Source: Craspedostauros australis (taxonomy: Eukaryota). Taken from it: 64,000 nucleotides of DNA. Under the pieces are notes generated by a model. It was not told where the DNA came from. It searched no databases and saw only the letters and a list, made by a program, of their open reading frames with translations. Positions 49,487-61,898 of the stretch are shown piece by piece. Within the stretch, counting starts at the first letter, position 1. Each line of letters starts with the position of its first letter. A program made the translations under genes and the position numbers. Location of the stretch: assembly GCA_030167865.1 (NCBI GenBank), contig JALAGF010001205.1:62001-126000 (forward strand), read 5' to 3'.

Positions 49487-51249
49487 TGTCTTCTCGTGTG
49501 GCTTGCTGTGTTGTGTTGCCTTGCGTTGAGTGAAGATAATATATGCGGGCGTTCACTCGCTTTGCAGAACGCCGCTCTGTTGCTCTTGGCTTGACGCAAT
49601 TGCGCTGTACAGCCGTGAGCACAAGGTTGAGGATGGACACGACCGTCGGCGGCAGTTGTGACGATACCGTTGCTGGAGTTGCAGTGAACCACACGGCACG
49701 ATGGAGCACAATACGATTGGCCTCTTTGGCTTGGCACGTTTGATGGGTTGGTCGTCCGTTCCACAGAAACGAATGATCCTCCGTGATTGCCCACGCGCTT
49801 CAGTCTTGTATGGTACGAGTGTGGTGCGTGCGGCGCAAGTGCGAGCATAGAATGAATGTGCTCGTGTGGTACGACTATTCTGGTGCTCTGTGATTCGGTT
49901 CCGTTCGCTGATTTGCTTCAGTGTCCTTCCGCCTCGCAGTATAAGAATCTGAGATGCTGTGTCATGTGGAGTGATGCGTTGCAGTATGGCCTTGCCTTGT
50001 GTTGCCCCTTGTGCTGCCCCTTGTGTTGCGCTGTGCCAAATCACGTCACTGTTCTGATTTCCCTCGCTCTTTTGGATGATGATGCTTGTCTCCCCCTTTG
50101 CCTTGCCTTGTCGTTGTTGGTGTTGTTCCGGTTGTTCTCGCCGCTGCGGAATGAGCCTCGTCACGCAGTGTTGCCGTCGTCGTGACGGTCGTCGTCGGAA
50201 GTGGCGCGGTTGATGTTCTCTTGTGCGAAGAGCGTGTTGGCCATTTTTCGAACGAAATTCTTTGATGTGTTTGTTCTTTGTCCGAGAATTGTCGTGGCGC
50301 TGTTGCTGCTATGTCTCGTTTGTCGATGCTTTGTGGTTCAAGCAAAATTATTCAACCTCCCGAGGGATGGTACAGCACAGATGTGGTGACAAACAAGGTC
50401 GCACAGACCACGAGGACGATCTACAGCAGCAATTGAAGAAGGCAGCGATCCCTAACATCTGAGTCACCTGAAGCTTGATAGAGCGCATGATACGTAGTGC
50501 TTCATGCAATACCATACTGTCCATCTCAAGCCTACATACAGCCACTTAAACTTGGAGCACTATGAACATAGTACCATGCAACATTCATGGCACGCATGTG
50601 GACCATCCTGTCTATAGGTTCAACGATAGCATAACGCTCTGTTCCAAAGAGTATTCAAAGCAACGAGCGACGCCGTATCAGCGCCATCCATCAACCGCCA
50701 ATAATACAAGAACCAATCGGAGACAACATCAAACTCCAACCCCATCTCCATCGCGGCTCGTCAGCATCATGAACCGACAAGCACCGACTATCAAAGAGCA
50801 CACAATCCAGGGTGTCGGTAGATTCCCACGTACTATTCCATTCTATGATATTTATATGTTCAACCATTGGAATCAATCGCTCATTGCTTCTGCCGCCACG
50901 CAACGCGAAACGATGAAATTCTGCGCAAGTCTCTACTCTCGCGATTGTTGAATTAATCATCATCTTATCCGTCTGTATAACGCCCGTTCATCAACACAAC
51001 AAGCCAAAATCGCACACAAGACACAATCGCGGCGCAGTATTCGGCCTCCGAAGAGATCGATCCATCGCGCAGATCGGCCACACGAAGCACACTGTCAGCA
51101 ATTGATTCTGTTGCCCATCCCCATTCCCATCACTCGCTCGCTCGACAATCATTTCTCTCTACCAGTAGAGATTCACCGCGCCCGAGAACCAACAATCATA
51201 GCCTCAAACAGATCAATTCCAAGCCCCGACCACATCCGCAACCACCACA

Positions 51250-51774
51250 ATGAAAAAGCGCATCGCCTTCCGCAAACTCGGCCGCACATCGTCCCACAAA
51301 TGGAGCATGATGCGCAACATGGTCTCCTCGTTGATCGAGCACGAGCGCATCGTCACGACCGTGGCCAAGGCCAAGGAGGTGCAGAGCCTCGCGGAGCAGA
51401 TGATCACGCTGGGCAAGAAGCAGAACGATCTGCACAGCCTGCGTCAGGCAGCACGCTTCGTGCGTGGCGACACGACCCTCACCAAGCTCTTCAACGTGCT
51501 GGGTCCGCGGTATCAGCTGCGCGAGGGGGGTTACACGCGCATCATGAAGCTCGCCAAGCCACGACGCGGCGACAATGCGCCCATGGCCGTCATCGAGTAC
51601 GTCGATCGGCCCGGTGAGATCCGCGCCGCGCGTCCGCCGGCCAAGCTGCAGCAGCAACTGCGGGAATCCGGCATCGCGACGGCGTTGCGGGAGGTTGGCA
51701 TCGCAAGTCCAGAGGAGCTGGTGGGCGAAGAAGGTGTGAAGGAAATCAAGGAAGAATTGGAGGCCAGCAAGTGA
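51250..51774 (+). CDS. MRPL17: Bacterial-type ribosomal protein bL17, probably mitochondrial, 174 aa
   Basis: MKKRIAFRKLGRTSSHKWSMMRNMVSSLIEHERIVTTVAKAKE...ITLGK...PRYQLREGGYTRIMK...RRGDNAPMAVIEYVD. Confidence 0.93.
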   Translation: MKKRIAFRKLGRTSSHKWSMMRNMVSSLIEHERIVTTVAKAKEVQSLAEQMITLGKKQNDLHSLRQAARFVRGDTTLTKLFNVLGPRYQLREGGYTRIMKLAKPRRGDNAPMAVIEYVDRPGEIRAARPPAKLQQQLRESGIATALREVGIASPEELVGEEGVKEIKEELEASK

Positions 51775-52473
51775 GCAGGATGTGATGCTCGAGAGAGAGA
51801 GAGAGTCCGTTGGAATACGAAGAATGGCGCACTGATTCCCTGCTAGAATGCGGTGCGATGTTGATTGCACAAGCGTATACTAGCACGTATCTGGAGCACG
51901 AAGCAAGAAAGGAATGGAGTTCAAGAAAGAGGTGAAGGTTGGAAAGGAGAGAAGAGGAGGAAGATAGAGAACAGAATGATGGCTACTATTAAATAATATG
52001 TCGCTCTCTCGGATGGGTCAATCAGGAGCATACTCAAACTCCAGTCATGGAAGAATAGACAACAAGATCAGCAGCTGAAGGCACTTCGCACGAGCAGTTC
52101 AACTTTGACATTTCTATCGCAGTGACCACTGCGTTCTACGAGTATGTGTGCCATCTGAAGACGACGAGTAAATGGACCTTGAGATTCGTTGATCTGAGTT
52201 TCTTGATGGATCGATGTATCGCTTGGTTGGTGCCTTGCGTGCGACGCTGAGTGCTGATGCAGCAACGCAGCCTCCAAATTCCCCCTGGCCACCACGCAAA
52301 CGGAACTCCATGCCACAAAAGGATCTGGCTCTCTTTCCCAATTCTATCCAGTCTCCTTTCCAACCACCGCACTGAATGTTGAACCGGACGGTCCCAATGG
52401 CTCCTCCCATTGCAATGCAACAGCGATGCTTGAGTACTGGCACTAGTATGCTCCAGAGTATACTACTATCCCA

Positions 52474-52983
52474 TCAACGCCGCATGCCCATCGTCTCCAC
52501 AACTTGCTTCACCAGCACATCCACGACCGTCTTGAACATGTCCGTATCTTCCTGCCGTTCCTTGCGCAACGAAATGGCCAACAACACTTCCAGAAATTCC
52601 GTCCGCTGATGATGCGGCAGCAGCAACTGCGTCAACCGCCGCGCGTACAGACCCAGCATGCCATCTTCGCGTGCGCCCAGCACATTTGTGACTGTGAATT
52701 CCACGCGTTGATCGACGGGGTTGGTCTGTGCATGGCATTGCACGTAGTTCCCCACGCGTCCGCCCTCCATCTGGCTCACGCCCACGACAATGCGATCGCC
52801 GTACAGCTCCACCCAGACGTCGGTTGGGATATCGAAGATGGCGTACGAACGGATCGTGGTCGTGGGCAACGACGCCGGCGATGGGCGGATGTCGAATGTG
52901 GGCGTGGCAGCTGCGGATGTGTTCGTCTTGGAGGCATCGTCCAGATGGGTTGTGGAGAGACTCTCCGTGATGGATTCAGCCAT
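52474..52983 (-). CDS. PSMG3: Proteasome assembly chaperone 3 (PAC3)-like, 169 aa
   Basis: TDVWVELYGDRIVVGVSQ..GRVGNYV, FTVTNVLGARED..LGLYARRL and VLLAISLR match the PAC3 pattern. Confidence 0.75.
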   Translation of the reverse strand: MAESITESLSTTHLDDASKTNTSAAATPTFDIRPSPASLPTTTIRSYAIFDIPTDVWVELYGDRIVVGVSQMEGGRVGNYVQCHAQTNPVDQRVEFTVTNVLGAREDGMLGLYARRLTQLLLPHHQRTEFLEVLLAISLRKERQEDTDMFKTVVDVLVKQVVETMGMRR

Positions 52984-53686
52984 GATGTACGGTGTGTCGT
53001 TGTGTCGTTGGGTCGTTGTGTCGTTGTGTCGTTGAGTGCGTTGGGAGAGTCAAATGAGGTCGTATGTGAGGCAGGATGATAGTACTCGTACGACTACGCT
53101 GAGGTCCCCGTGCGTATGTGTCAGGACTCTGGTCGTTGCCAGATGTGGAGGGAGGAGAACGTGAGTGTTGCGTTGTGTTATGCGCTGTGCTGTGTTGCTT
53201 GGTGACTTCTCCTCTTGTTCCGTCCGACCAACGAAGGAGAACAACGACGAAGAGCAACGAAAAAGTGACGATTTCAGAATTATGGTATTGAAAAATATGG
53301 TTGTCTCTTTCCATGTGTTTGAAGGTGCCTTTTTGGGACCAATTTCGACTACTTTTATTACAATAGTAGTAGGAGGTTGAACCAACGAACGAATCTCATT
53401 CGTACTGACGATCACAGCACAAACAAAAAGATGACAACAAACATCACATCACATCACATCAACGCCATCAAACGCTTCAACGGACGGCGACGGAACAGAC
53501 ATCAAGCCTCCCTGTGCAACTTCCAATCCACCATCTTTCGATTGAGCATACACCACCGCACCAATACATCATCCATCATCCATCATCGCCACTGCACCAC
53601 CGCTGTACCAACGCGAACACCCTCAAAGAACAACATCAGATTAGATAGCACAGAGCACGGGCCGACGTGAGCAAAGGGATAGAAAA

Positions 53687-55348
53687 ATGAGCGCACAGTC
53701 GGATACCACCGCGGGTGCATCGGAACATCATGGGAACGATGGCACTCTACCAGCAGCAGCAGCAACAGCAGCAACAGCAGCAACACCAACAGCAAAAGAT
53801 GAGACAGAACCAACCAATGAGGATGGAACAATCACCACGATCGGCGTTCCGAACAACGAAGACAACGAAAACAAGGATGAAAAGGACGACAATTCATCCG
53901 TTCAGGACAATGATGCAAACCAAAACGAGAGGAATGGCAGTGATGACAGCGGCGATAATGATGACAGTGATGACAAGGAAGATATCGTAATTCTCGACGA
54001 TCCACCTGCAAGCACCAGCAACTTCCGAGGTGAACCTCAGCTGAAACGAGCGAGATCAAACACAGACCTGGATGATACCCCAGCACCAGCACTGCCAGAC
54101 GGCGCTTTGGAACATGAAGACGACATTGGACACGTGAATGATGACAACGATGGCAGTGGCAACGATGAGACTCCACAATCTCCTATCGCACGCGGCTACT
54201 CTCTGCAGCTGGATTCAGACAACGCCTCCGATTCCGACGGGCCTCCTGGCGACGACAACAGCACCGAAGGCATCGAATACCCATTCGGAGAATGTCCCAC
54301 ATCCCTCCAGGATGTCGCCACCTTCATCCAATCCGACGCCTGCAACAAGATCCTTATCCTCGCCGGTGCTGGCATGTCCGTCAAATCGGGCATCCCAGAC
54401 TTTCGTTCGGCGAACGGATTGTATGCCACGATGGATGTCGATGTGCTAACGGCCGACGAAGTCGAGAAGGAAGCCATCCGGATGGATCCCACCATCGCGC
54501 TGGACAAACACCTGTTCGTCGAAAATCAATTCCCGTGCTTGGAGTTGAATCGCTCCTTCCTGCTGGGCACGCAGCGGCAGCAATGGAAGGCCACGTTGGC
54601 GCATCGATTCGTCGAACTGCTGCATGCCCGCACCAACAAGCTGGCACGACTGTACACCCAGAATATCGATGGATTGGAAGATCAGTGTACAAAGCTGCCG
54701 CACGACAAGGTCGTCAACGTGCACGGATCCATGGATCGTGCCGACTGCGCCATGTGCGGTGCCGAAGGCGATTTCGAACAATTCTGTGAGCAGGTCAAAC
54801 GCAACATCAAGGACATCTCCACACCCAAAGACGAAGACGCGCCGTTGACGTCGACGCCGATCGCCTGCGCCACATGCGGGTACAACACGATGAAGCCATC
54901 CATCGTGCTGTTCCGATCCAGCCTGCCGCGGCGCTTCTTCGAGCTGGTGCCGCAGGACATCGACGATGTCGATCTGCTCATCGTGGTGGGAACGAGCCTC
55001 ACGGTGGCGCCGGCCAACACGATCGTCTTCCGCGTGCCGTCCACCGCCATGCGCGTCGTGGTCAATCGCGATCCCGTGGGTCGGCATGTCGGGATCCGGT
55101 ACGGCGACGATACGCGGCGCGATTACTTCGCGGGCGGAGACATCGACACGTCCATGCTCGAGCTGATGTGGCATTTGGGTTGGGTCGATGAACTGAAGCC
55201 GCTGTTAACGGGCGATCAGCTGCCGGCGCCCAGCGCGGCGTGCTTATCGTCGTTTTTGGCAGAGAAGGCGGCGGCGTCATCCACCGCTACCGAAGCGACA
55301 GCATCGACCGCGACAACGACGTCAGTGACGACAGCGACTGTTTGTTGA
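53687..55348 (+). CDS. Sirtuin (SIR2 family NAD-dependent deacylase, class I-like) with long acidic N-terminus, 553 aa
   Basis: GAGMSVKSGIPDFRS, YTQNIDGLE, VHGS, Zn ligands CAMC and CATC, KPSIVLF, GTSLTVAPAN, VVVNRD. Confidence 0.92.
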   Translation: MSAQSDTTAGASEHHGNDGTLPAAAATAATAATPTAKDETEPTNEDGTITTIGVPNNEDNENKDEKDDNSSVQDNDANQNERNGSDDSGDNDDSDDKEDIVILDDPPASTSNFRGEPQLKRARSNTDLDDTPAPALPDGALEHEDDIGHVNDDNDGSGNDETPQSPIARGYSLQLDSDNASDSDGPPGDDNSTEGIEYPFGECPTSLQDVATFIQSDACNKILILAGAGMSVKSGIPDFRSANGLYATMDVDVLTADEVEKEAIRMDPTIALDKHLFVENQFPCLELNRSFLLGTQRQQWKATLAHRFVELLHARTNKLARLYTQNIDGLEDQCTKLPHDKVVNVHGSMDRADCAMCGAEGDFEQFCEQVKRNIKDISTPKDEDAPLTSTPIACATCGYNTMKPSIVLFRSSLPRRFFELVPQDIDDVDLLIVVGTSLTVAPANTIVFRVPSTAMRVVVNRDPVGRHVGIRYGDDTRRDYFAGGDIDTSMLELMWHLGWVDELKPLLTGDQLPAPSAACLSSFLAEKAAASSTATEATASTATTTSVTTATVC

Positions 55349-56500
55349 CTGTTGCAAGAATCTATAACGTCATACCCATGCAGCACCATCTGCACCATAC
55401 ACACGGAAACGGATGGATTTCTGACCAAGCAGGGTGGAAGCTACAAAGAGTACTCCGCTCAACCCTACCCGACCCTATTCAACATATAAAGCACCCTACC
55501 ATACATTGCGTTGCAAGAAAAGTGTCAAATCGGCTTGTTGGGAGGAATTTCCGACCAATGCAGCATCTTGGCTGATCTTTGTTCATGGTGGTTTGGCGTT
55601 GTGTGGAGTTGGTCATGGTCTACACTAAGTGTGTGTAGTACTATTTCTGAGCACACAGGGGTCCATTTGTGCTAGTACTTTGATACCAATCCAAAGGTAT
55701 CCTTCTCTTTCAACCCAACCAATCACAACCGTCGTGAACGATGACGATGTTGAAGTCAGAATTGAGAAACCAACACGACCGCATCACCGCGCACTCGCAC
55801 AAAAGCAACGCACCTTTTTGTGTCGACGAACGCAAAACAATCACAATACGTGCCACATCACGCATCAAGGCATCACGTATTGTGCATCACGTCACACATC
55901 CCATCACAAACCCAAACCGCAGCTCAAACCGCTTGTCGACGTATTCCCAAAGGAAGAACGGACTGTTGACACATCCATCTTTGTGGCACGAGGAGGAGCT
56001 TGAAGCATAGCTCGCACGCGAGAGAAAAGGAGCACAGGACAAAGGACAAAGGTCGAAGAAAGAGGCAAAGTAGCGCAGAGGAGCCATACTTTTGCCAACT
56101 CGACACTGGAGGAAGATTTGTCATCGCAAATTGGCGGAACACTCAGTGATACTTGTATTCGTACGAGTGCTTGCAAAGGGAGAGAGAGAAAGACAGAACA
56201 AGATTCGGAATTGAAGCACCCACGGATTCTCACTCTGTCCGGATACAACTTGCAGTTGTTGAAGCAGCATCCAGCTCCACGGAACGCAAAGAGCGAAGTG
56301 AGAACAACGAGGGCCGGAATCAGCAAAGGGCGCTCGCACACATCACAGCAACACAAGGCGCAAACGCAAACAAACACAACAAGGCGGAAAAAGTGAACAG
56401 AAGGCAATTGCCCACAAAGAAACCTTTCCATCCATCGATTAGTCCATTCATTCATCCATTCCGCACAACTCAACAACAACCACAAAAAACAAAAGCAGCC

Positions 56501-59143
56501 ATGAAATTGAGCGTCGGTTTGTTCCTCACGGTGGTCTCCACCAACTGCATCGCATACAACGATGCCTTCACCACAATCCCACGGCAGCACCATTCCGTGC
56601 AATCCTTCGTGCCAATTCGTGCGTCGACCTTGGAAGATGTGGATAAGGTACGGCAAGACAACACAAGACAAGGCAGCCGAGGGAATCACACGCAGCATGA
56701 CATGGCCAATTGGAGGCGCGCTTCATTCGCTCTGTTGTTGTTGCCACGTTGCTCACACTCTATCTGTTTCGCATTTCATCGCCTTTTCCACTCATCCATT
56801 CATTCATCCATTCCTTGAATTTGGTGTCGTATTGCGCGGTACGTCATGCCATGCCACATGATACTCGAACCATGCGATATCATATGATGCCAATATCATG
56901 CCCAGAAACGCATGACGCATGAAGATGGAGACGTGCTGTTCGGAGGTGTGACCACTGGCAGCACCAGTGTTGGACGCAGCAAGCGAACGAGCAACGGGAA
57001 CAACAAAAAGAGGAACAAAGTGCCCATGAATCCATTGGATCGCTCCAACGATCCTCTCATCAATGAGTTGCACACCATCCGCAATGAGGTGGCATCGTGT
57101 CCAGATATTTGGACCACGGTGTCGAAGGCATGCCCCAACAAGAAGGCGTTGCTCGATGAACACTTGTGCGACAAGGTCATCGACGTCACCTTCCAACAGA
57201 TGAATGACATTGTCACAAGGAGCGCCATCGCCTTCACCAAATTGGGCGTCCAACCCGGCACGAACGTCGCCATCCTCGGCGAGAATTCGGCGCGTTGGTT
57301 GATGGCCGATCATGGCATCCAGCGTGCTGGTGCGTCGTCCGCCGTGCGCGGTGCCGATGCTCCCCTTGATGAATTGCGGTACATCTACGAGCATTCCGAC
57401 AGCGCCGGGATCGTCGTGTTGCAAGATCCGCGGTTGCTGCAGAAATTGATCAAGGATGCGCAGGCCAAGGGCATGGGGGGATTGGGTCTGTCCAACCAGG
57501 CTCAGGGCGCCGTGCGTCATGTCGTCCTGATCAACCAAGGCAAGAAGCACACGAAGGAGGATCTCGAGACCATGACGCTTGGCATGGGGGTGAAGGTCCA
57601 CATTTTGGCGGACATGATCGACGGTGTCACCGACGAGGACATGGACTCTGCGCAGCTCCCAACCCTGCAGCACGAGGATCTGGCCACCATCGTCTACACC
57701 TCCGGCACCACGGGCAGCCCGAAGGGCGTCATGCTCACGCACGGCAACATCCTGCACCAGCTCTCGCATCGTCTCAATCCCACCATGCAATACGAGGACG
57801 GAGAGCCAGTCCCCGACGAGACCATGGTCTCCATCCTACCCGTCTGGCACATCACCGAACGCACCTTCGAACTGTGGATGCTGGCACGCGGCTGCCGCGT
57901 CGTCTATTCCTCCATCCGCACCCTGAAGAAGGACATGGCCAAGCACAAGCCAGAATGGATGGTGCTCGTGCCACGCGTTCTGGAAAAGATCGCGTCGGGC
58001 GTGCAAGACAAATTCGCCTCGGGCAGCGCCGTCGTGCAGGCCCTGTCGAGCTTCTTCACCAAGACCGGCAGCCTGCGCGCCAAGCACACCAAGGTGTCGC
58101 AAGGCCTCGTCGTGGGCGACCAGGCGCCCAACCGGCTGCGCCGCATCGTCAGCAAGTCCATCGTGGCGGCATTGGCTCCCCTCAATGCAGTCGGCGACAA
58201 GCTCGTGTGGACCAAGGTGCGCGACGGGTTTGGTGGCAACTTGCGCATGATCATCGCGGGCGGCAGCGCGCTGTCGGGGTCGCTGGAATCCTTTTACGAG
58301 ACGTGCGGATTGACGGTCTCGGTGGGGTACGGGCTGACCGAGTGCTCACCGCTGCTGTCGTTCCGTCGCACCGACGAGAATCTGGTGACGGCAGGATGCG
58401 TCGGCAAACCGACGTTCGATACGGAAGTCAGGGTGGTCGATCCCGAGCGCGCGGTGAGCGATGACGAAGAGCGTCCCGCCCTGCCGGTCGGCGAAGTCGG
58501 TGTTGTGGTGGGACGCGGTCCGCAGGTGATGAAGGGATACTACAAGAATGTCGAAGCCACGAACAAGGCGGTGGATCGGTTCGGATGGTTCGACACGGGT
58601 GATCTGGGTCGCATCAATCCCGTCACGGGCGACCTGATCCTCACGGGTCGCGCCAAGGACACCATCGTCCTGTCGAACGGCGAGAACATCGAGCCGCAGC
58701 CCATCGAGGATGAGATCCTGTCCCAAATCCCCATGATCGACCAGATCATGCTGACGGGGCAGGACGGACGTCGATTGTGCGCCGTTCTGACGTTGAGCCC
58801 AAACGAACTTGCCAGCACGGGGTACGTGTCGCGAGCAGACGTGGATGCACTGCAGCAGGCCAGCGAAACGGTGAATGATCCGAAATGCAGCCAGGAGGAT
58901 TGCGCGGAGAATGCGTCAGTGCTGCAGGCCGCATCTACCAAGCTGCGCGACAATGCGGAGCTGCAGAAGTTCTTGCAGAGCGCCGTGAAGGAAGCCACGC
59001 AGAGCTTCCGCCAGTGGGAGCAGGTGAGTAGCATCTACGTGACGCTGGAGCCGTTCGCCATGGCGAATGGATTGCTGACGCAGAGTTACAAGGTGAAGCG
59101 CGACGCGGTGTTGCAGCGGTACGAAGCCGAGCTGCCGAAGTAG
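56501..59143 (+). CDS. Plastid-targeted long-chain acyl-activating enzyme (acyl-CoA/acyl-ACP synthetase, AAE15-like), 2 exons (56501-56647, 56906-59143), ~794 aa
   Basis: Exon 1 encodes the signal peptide MKLSVGLFLTVVSTNCIAYNDA-FTT. Intron 56648-56905 (GTACGG...CCCAG) is in frame. Motifs: YTSGTTGSPKGVMLTHGN, LPVWHITER, GYGLTE, WFDTGDLG, GRAKDTIVLSNGENIEPQPIE. Confidence 0.9.
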
Positions 59144-59649
59144 AGATGATTGGTTGAGGGCTTGCATCGCACTCTGTGCCTCTCTCTCTGTCTTGAGAGT
59201 GCTCGAGAGTAAAACACTCCTTCTTTGTTCCATCTCGCTGCTTCATTGTGCGGCTCGGTTGGGAATGAGGCGCTTCGGCTTGACAAGATGCGGGTATCAT
59301 TGATGCATCCGCTCTGAAGTACGCGGTTGCACTCGGAGAGTGGGTGGTGGTTTAACGTAATATTTTACATTTCTACTGCGAGTGAAGTATTGTACAAGTA
59401 CGATGTTCAGCAAGTGGGTTATGAATATGATACTCGCACGATACGGTTGCAGCAGAGTCGAGCATTCTATCATCTCCAGGTCTCCAGTTGGGCCGTTGAA
59501 TTGTGTTCGAAGAGTGTGGGCTCAAGAGCAGAGTAGTATTCTGCATGAATGTGATCTGCAGGTCGTACGTGTGGCATCGAACGAACGCAGGACATCCTCC
59601 CCATTCCCAAAATTGATACGACAACGGCAGAGTATAGTAGGTGGACTGC

Positions 59650-60261
59650 TCACTCGCGCATCCGAATAGCTTCATCCGCAATGACGAACTTCTCGGACGC
59701 CGCCGAGATCAAGCCATGATACGTCTGCACGAGATGATCGACCTTGGCCACCATGTCCTGCGTCCTCGTTTGGAAGCCCTCCATGCGCAATCGCAGGGCA
59801 TCCAACCGGCGCTGATCGTCGTGCGTGATATTGGTCGACGTGAGGATCGGCGCCTGCGTGACGGCATCCTCACGTAACGACCCCGACGAGGAGGAGGACG
59901 TGAGCAGCAGATGCAGGATCTTGCGCAGCTCCTCCATGTCGTTGCGCAGGCTGTCGGACGAGGCCAGGACCTCCTGCCGCCGGTACAGCAGGGGCTGCTG
60001 CTGATGCGTGAGGGCCATGCCGGGATCCAGATCCTTCATGAGCTTGTCGGATTCGAGGATGCTGGTGCGCAGCTGCGTTGTGGTCTTGGCTTCGAAGGAC
60101 GATTTGAGGCTGGCCAAACGGTCGGCGACGCTGTTGTTGGCCTTGTCGTTGGGCACGGGCAGCAGTCCGATCTTGGCCTCGACGGCCGACAATCGGCTTT
60201 CGATGGAGGCTTCGCTTGTGGCGGCCGTCGCCGTCGCCATTCCTGTTGCTGAAGATGACAT
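59650..60261 (-). CDS. Dynactin subunit 3 (p22/p24)-like coiled-coil protein, 203 aa
   Basis: IESRLSAVEAKIG, KLMKDLDP, RRQEVLAS and C-terminal VDHLVQTYHGLISAASEKFVIAD follow the DCTN3 pattern and size. Confidence 0.6.
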   Translation of the reverse strand: MSSSATGMATATAATSEASIESRLSAVEAKIGLLPVPNDKANNSVADRLASLKSSFEAKTTTQLRTSILESDKLMKDLDPGMALTHQQQPLLYRRQEVLASSDSLRNDMEELRKILHLLLTSSSSSGSLREDAVTQAPILTSTNITHDDQRRLDALRLRMEGFQTRTQDMVAKVDHLVQTYHGLISAASEKFVIADEAIRMRE

Positions 60262-61493
60262 TGCGAATGTTGGGGTCTTTCAACTGGATTTGAGCAGAGT
60301 CGAGTTGACCAGGGTAGACTTCAGTGGAGTTGGGGAGGTGTTGGCTGTGGTTTGTAGAGTAAGTACAAGTATGCATGACGCTGGCGGGATCCTGTATCAA
60401 CGGCAACAACGGCAACATCACCATGGTCGGATCATTTCGTTGCTGTCATCTCCGTGTTGGATGGAGCCTCTGTCGCCATGTTTTGGGCCTGTTTCGTCAC
60501 TTCGCTTTCCTTCTTGACCAATGTGGTCGAAGTGGTCGTTGATCGTTTCGCTTGTTTCAAATTGTGGTCGCTCGGAGGAGTCGACGAAGGGACAACGGAA
60601 TTGGCCCAACGCCCGCCGTAAATGAGGATTTCCGTTGCGCGCATCTGTGTGACATCGGAGTGTCATTGGGCACGTGAAGGTTCAAGAAGTCCTGTAAGGC
60701 GTGGAGTCGTGTCCCGCCGACAATGAGCGAGTCTTAGAGAGCGTTGATGGCCGCATTCGTGAAGCGTTACATAATGGTTGTTCAATTGTTGACGTTAACG
60801 GACGTTATTGACTATGATGAAGTACGTGTGCCAAGGCGCTTCTCCGTCCACACCGGCTCACTGAATTTGTCACATTGATTGAATGTGGTTGGTGTCGCTA
60901 CGTGGTGCGCCAGGGTGCGTTTGGCGGTTTCCCTCTCGGTTGCGTTGGTGTTCGATTCTTGGACTCGGTTTGTGTGGCGGAAATTTGCGCAAGCACGGTG
61001 ACAACGGAAGTTGGCGTTGGTGGCAAAAACGGCGGTGTGTTGGATGTTGGCAGTGGGAGAACGCAGAGAGAGAGAGAAGCAAGAAGAGGATGAGCGTGGG
61101 TCGGCAAGGAACAGACGAACGAACGCAATCGCGCCAAAGAGCCAAACAAAGAGGCGCGACGCAGTGAGCAACGAATGGAGGGCATCAGCGACGAGCATCA
61201 TCAGCGGCAGAAACAGAAACAGGGAGGAATCACGACGTCTGATACAACAACAGCCGCGATCACACCGCAGCAAAGAGGACAACAACAGAGCATCGCCAGG
61301 TTCAATCGAATCACTGCCCACCAACGGCAACACCGACAACATCGACGTCAACACCAACGTCAACACCAACGTCAACAATTGCGGTAGCATTGAAATCTGA
61401 TTGAGGAATAGCGACATCGCAAACATCACCCAACGCAGAAATAACAGTCAGAAGTGTCAGTACAAACCGAGTGGCACCACAGTCAACATCCGG

Positions 61494-61538
61494 CAGTATC
61501 TACAGCGACAGCATCTACAACGACAGTATCTACAACAA
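61494..61538. repeat. Three tandem imperfect 15-nt units (CAGTATCTACARCRA-like)
   Basis: cagtatctacagcga / cagcatctacaacga / cagtatctacaacaa, upstream of PP2C. Confidence 0.75.
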
Positions 61539-61898
61539 CGGACTCATCTCTTGAAGCAACGCGAAGGGAAGCCCAGAACAGAACTGCGAGCAGCCTCTCC
61601 AGACTTCGATTTCACAACATCCCCCGCATTCCAACAGCAATACCTTCGGCGCCAGCATCAGCACCAGCATCAGCGTTCATCTGTGTCACCCATCGCTGCC
61701 CAAAGTTGCCTGCTTGTGTTTGGGGAAAGCAACACCAGCGCAGTGGAAGCAACCGGAACCGCCCTGTTGTACCCGTAGCCGAATCGACTCCGAAGGTCCG
61801 AAGAGGGCGCTCACAGCATCCATCCAGCGCGAACAAGCACTGCCCACTGCAGCAACAACAGCAACTGCCACAGCAGCACCCACAGAAGCAGCAATAAC

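Noticed and set aside
49500-51249. Long spacers (also 13700-15500, 55350-56500, 60300-61900) checked for tRNA, snRNA, transposon ends or hidden genes
   Set aside because: I found no tRNA T-loop or cloverleaf, snRNA motif, terminal repeat or convincing ORF by eye. A covariance-model search would be needed to exclude ncRNAs.
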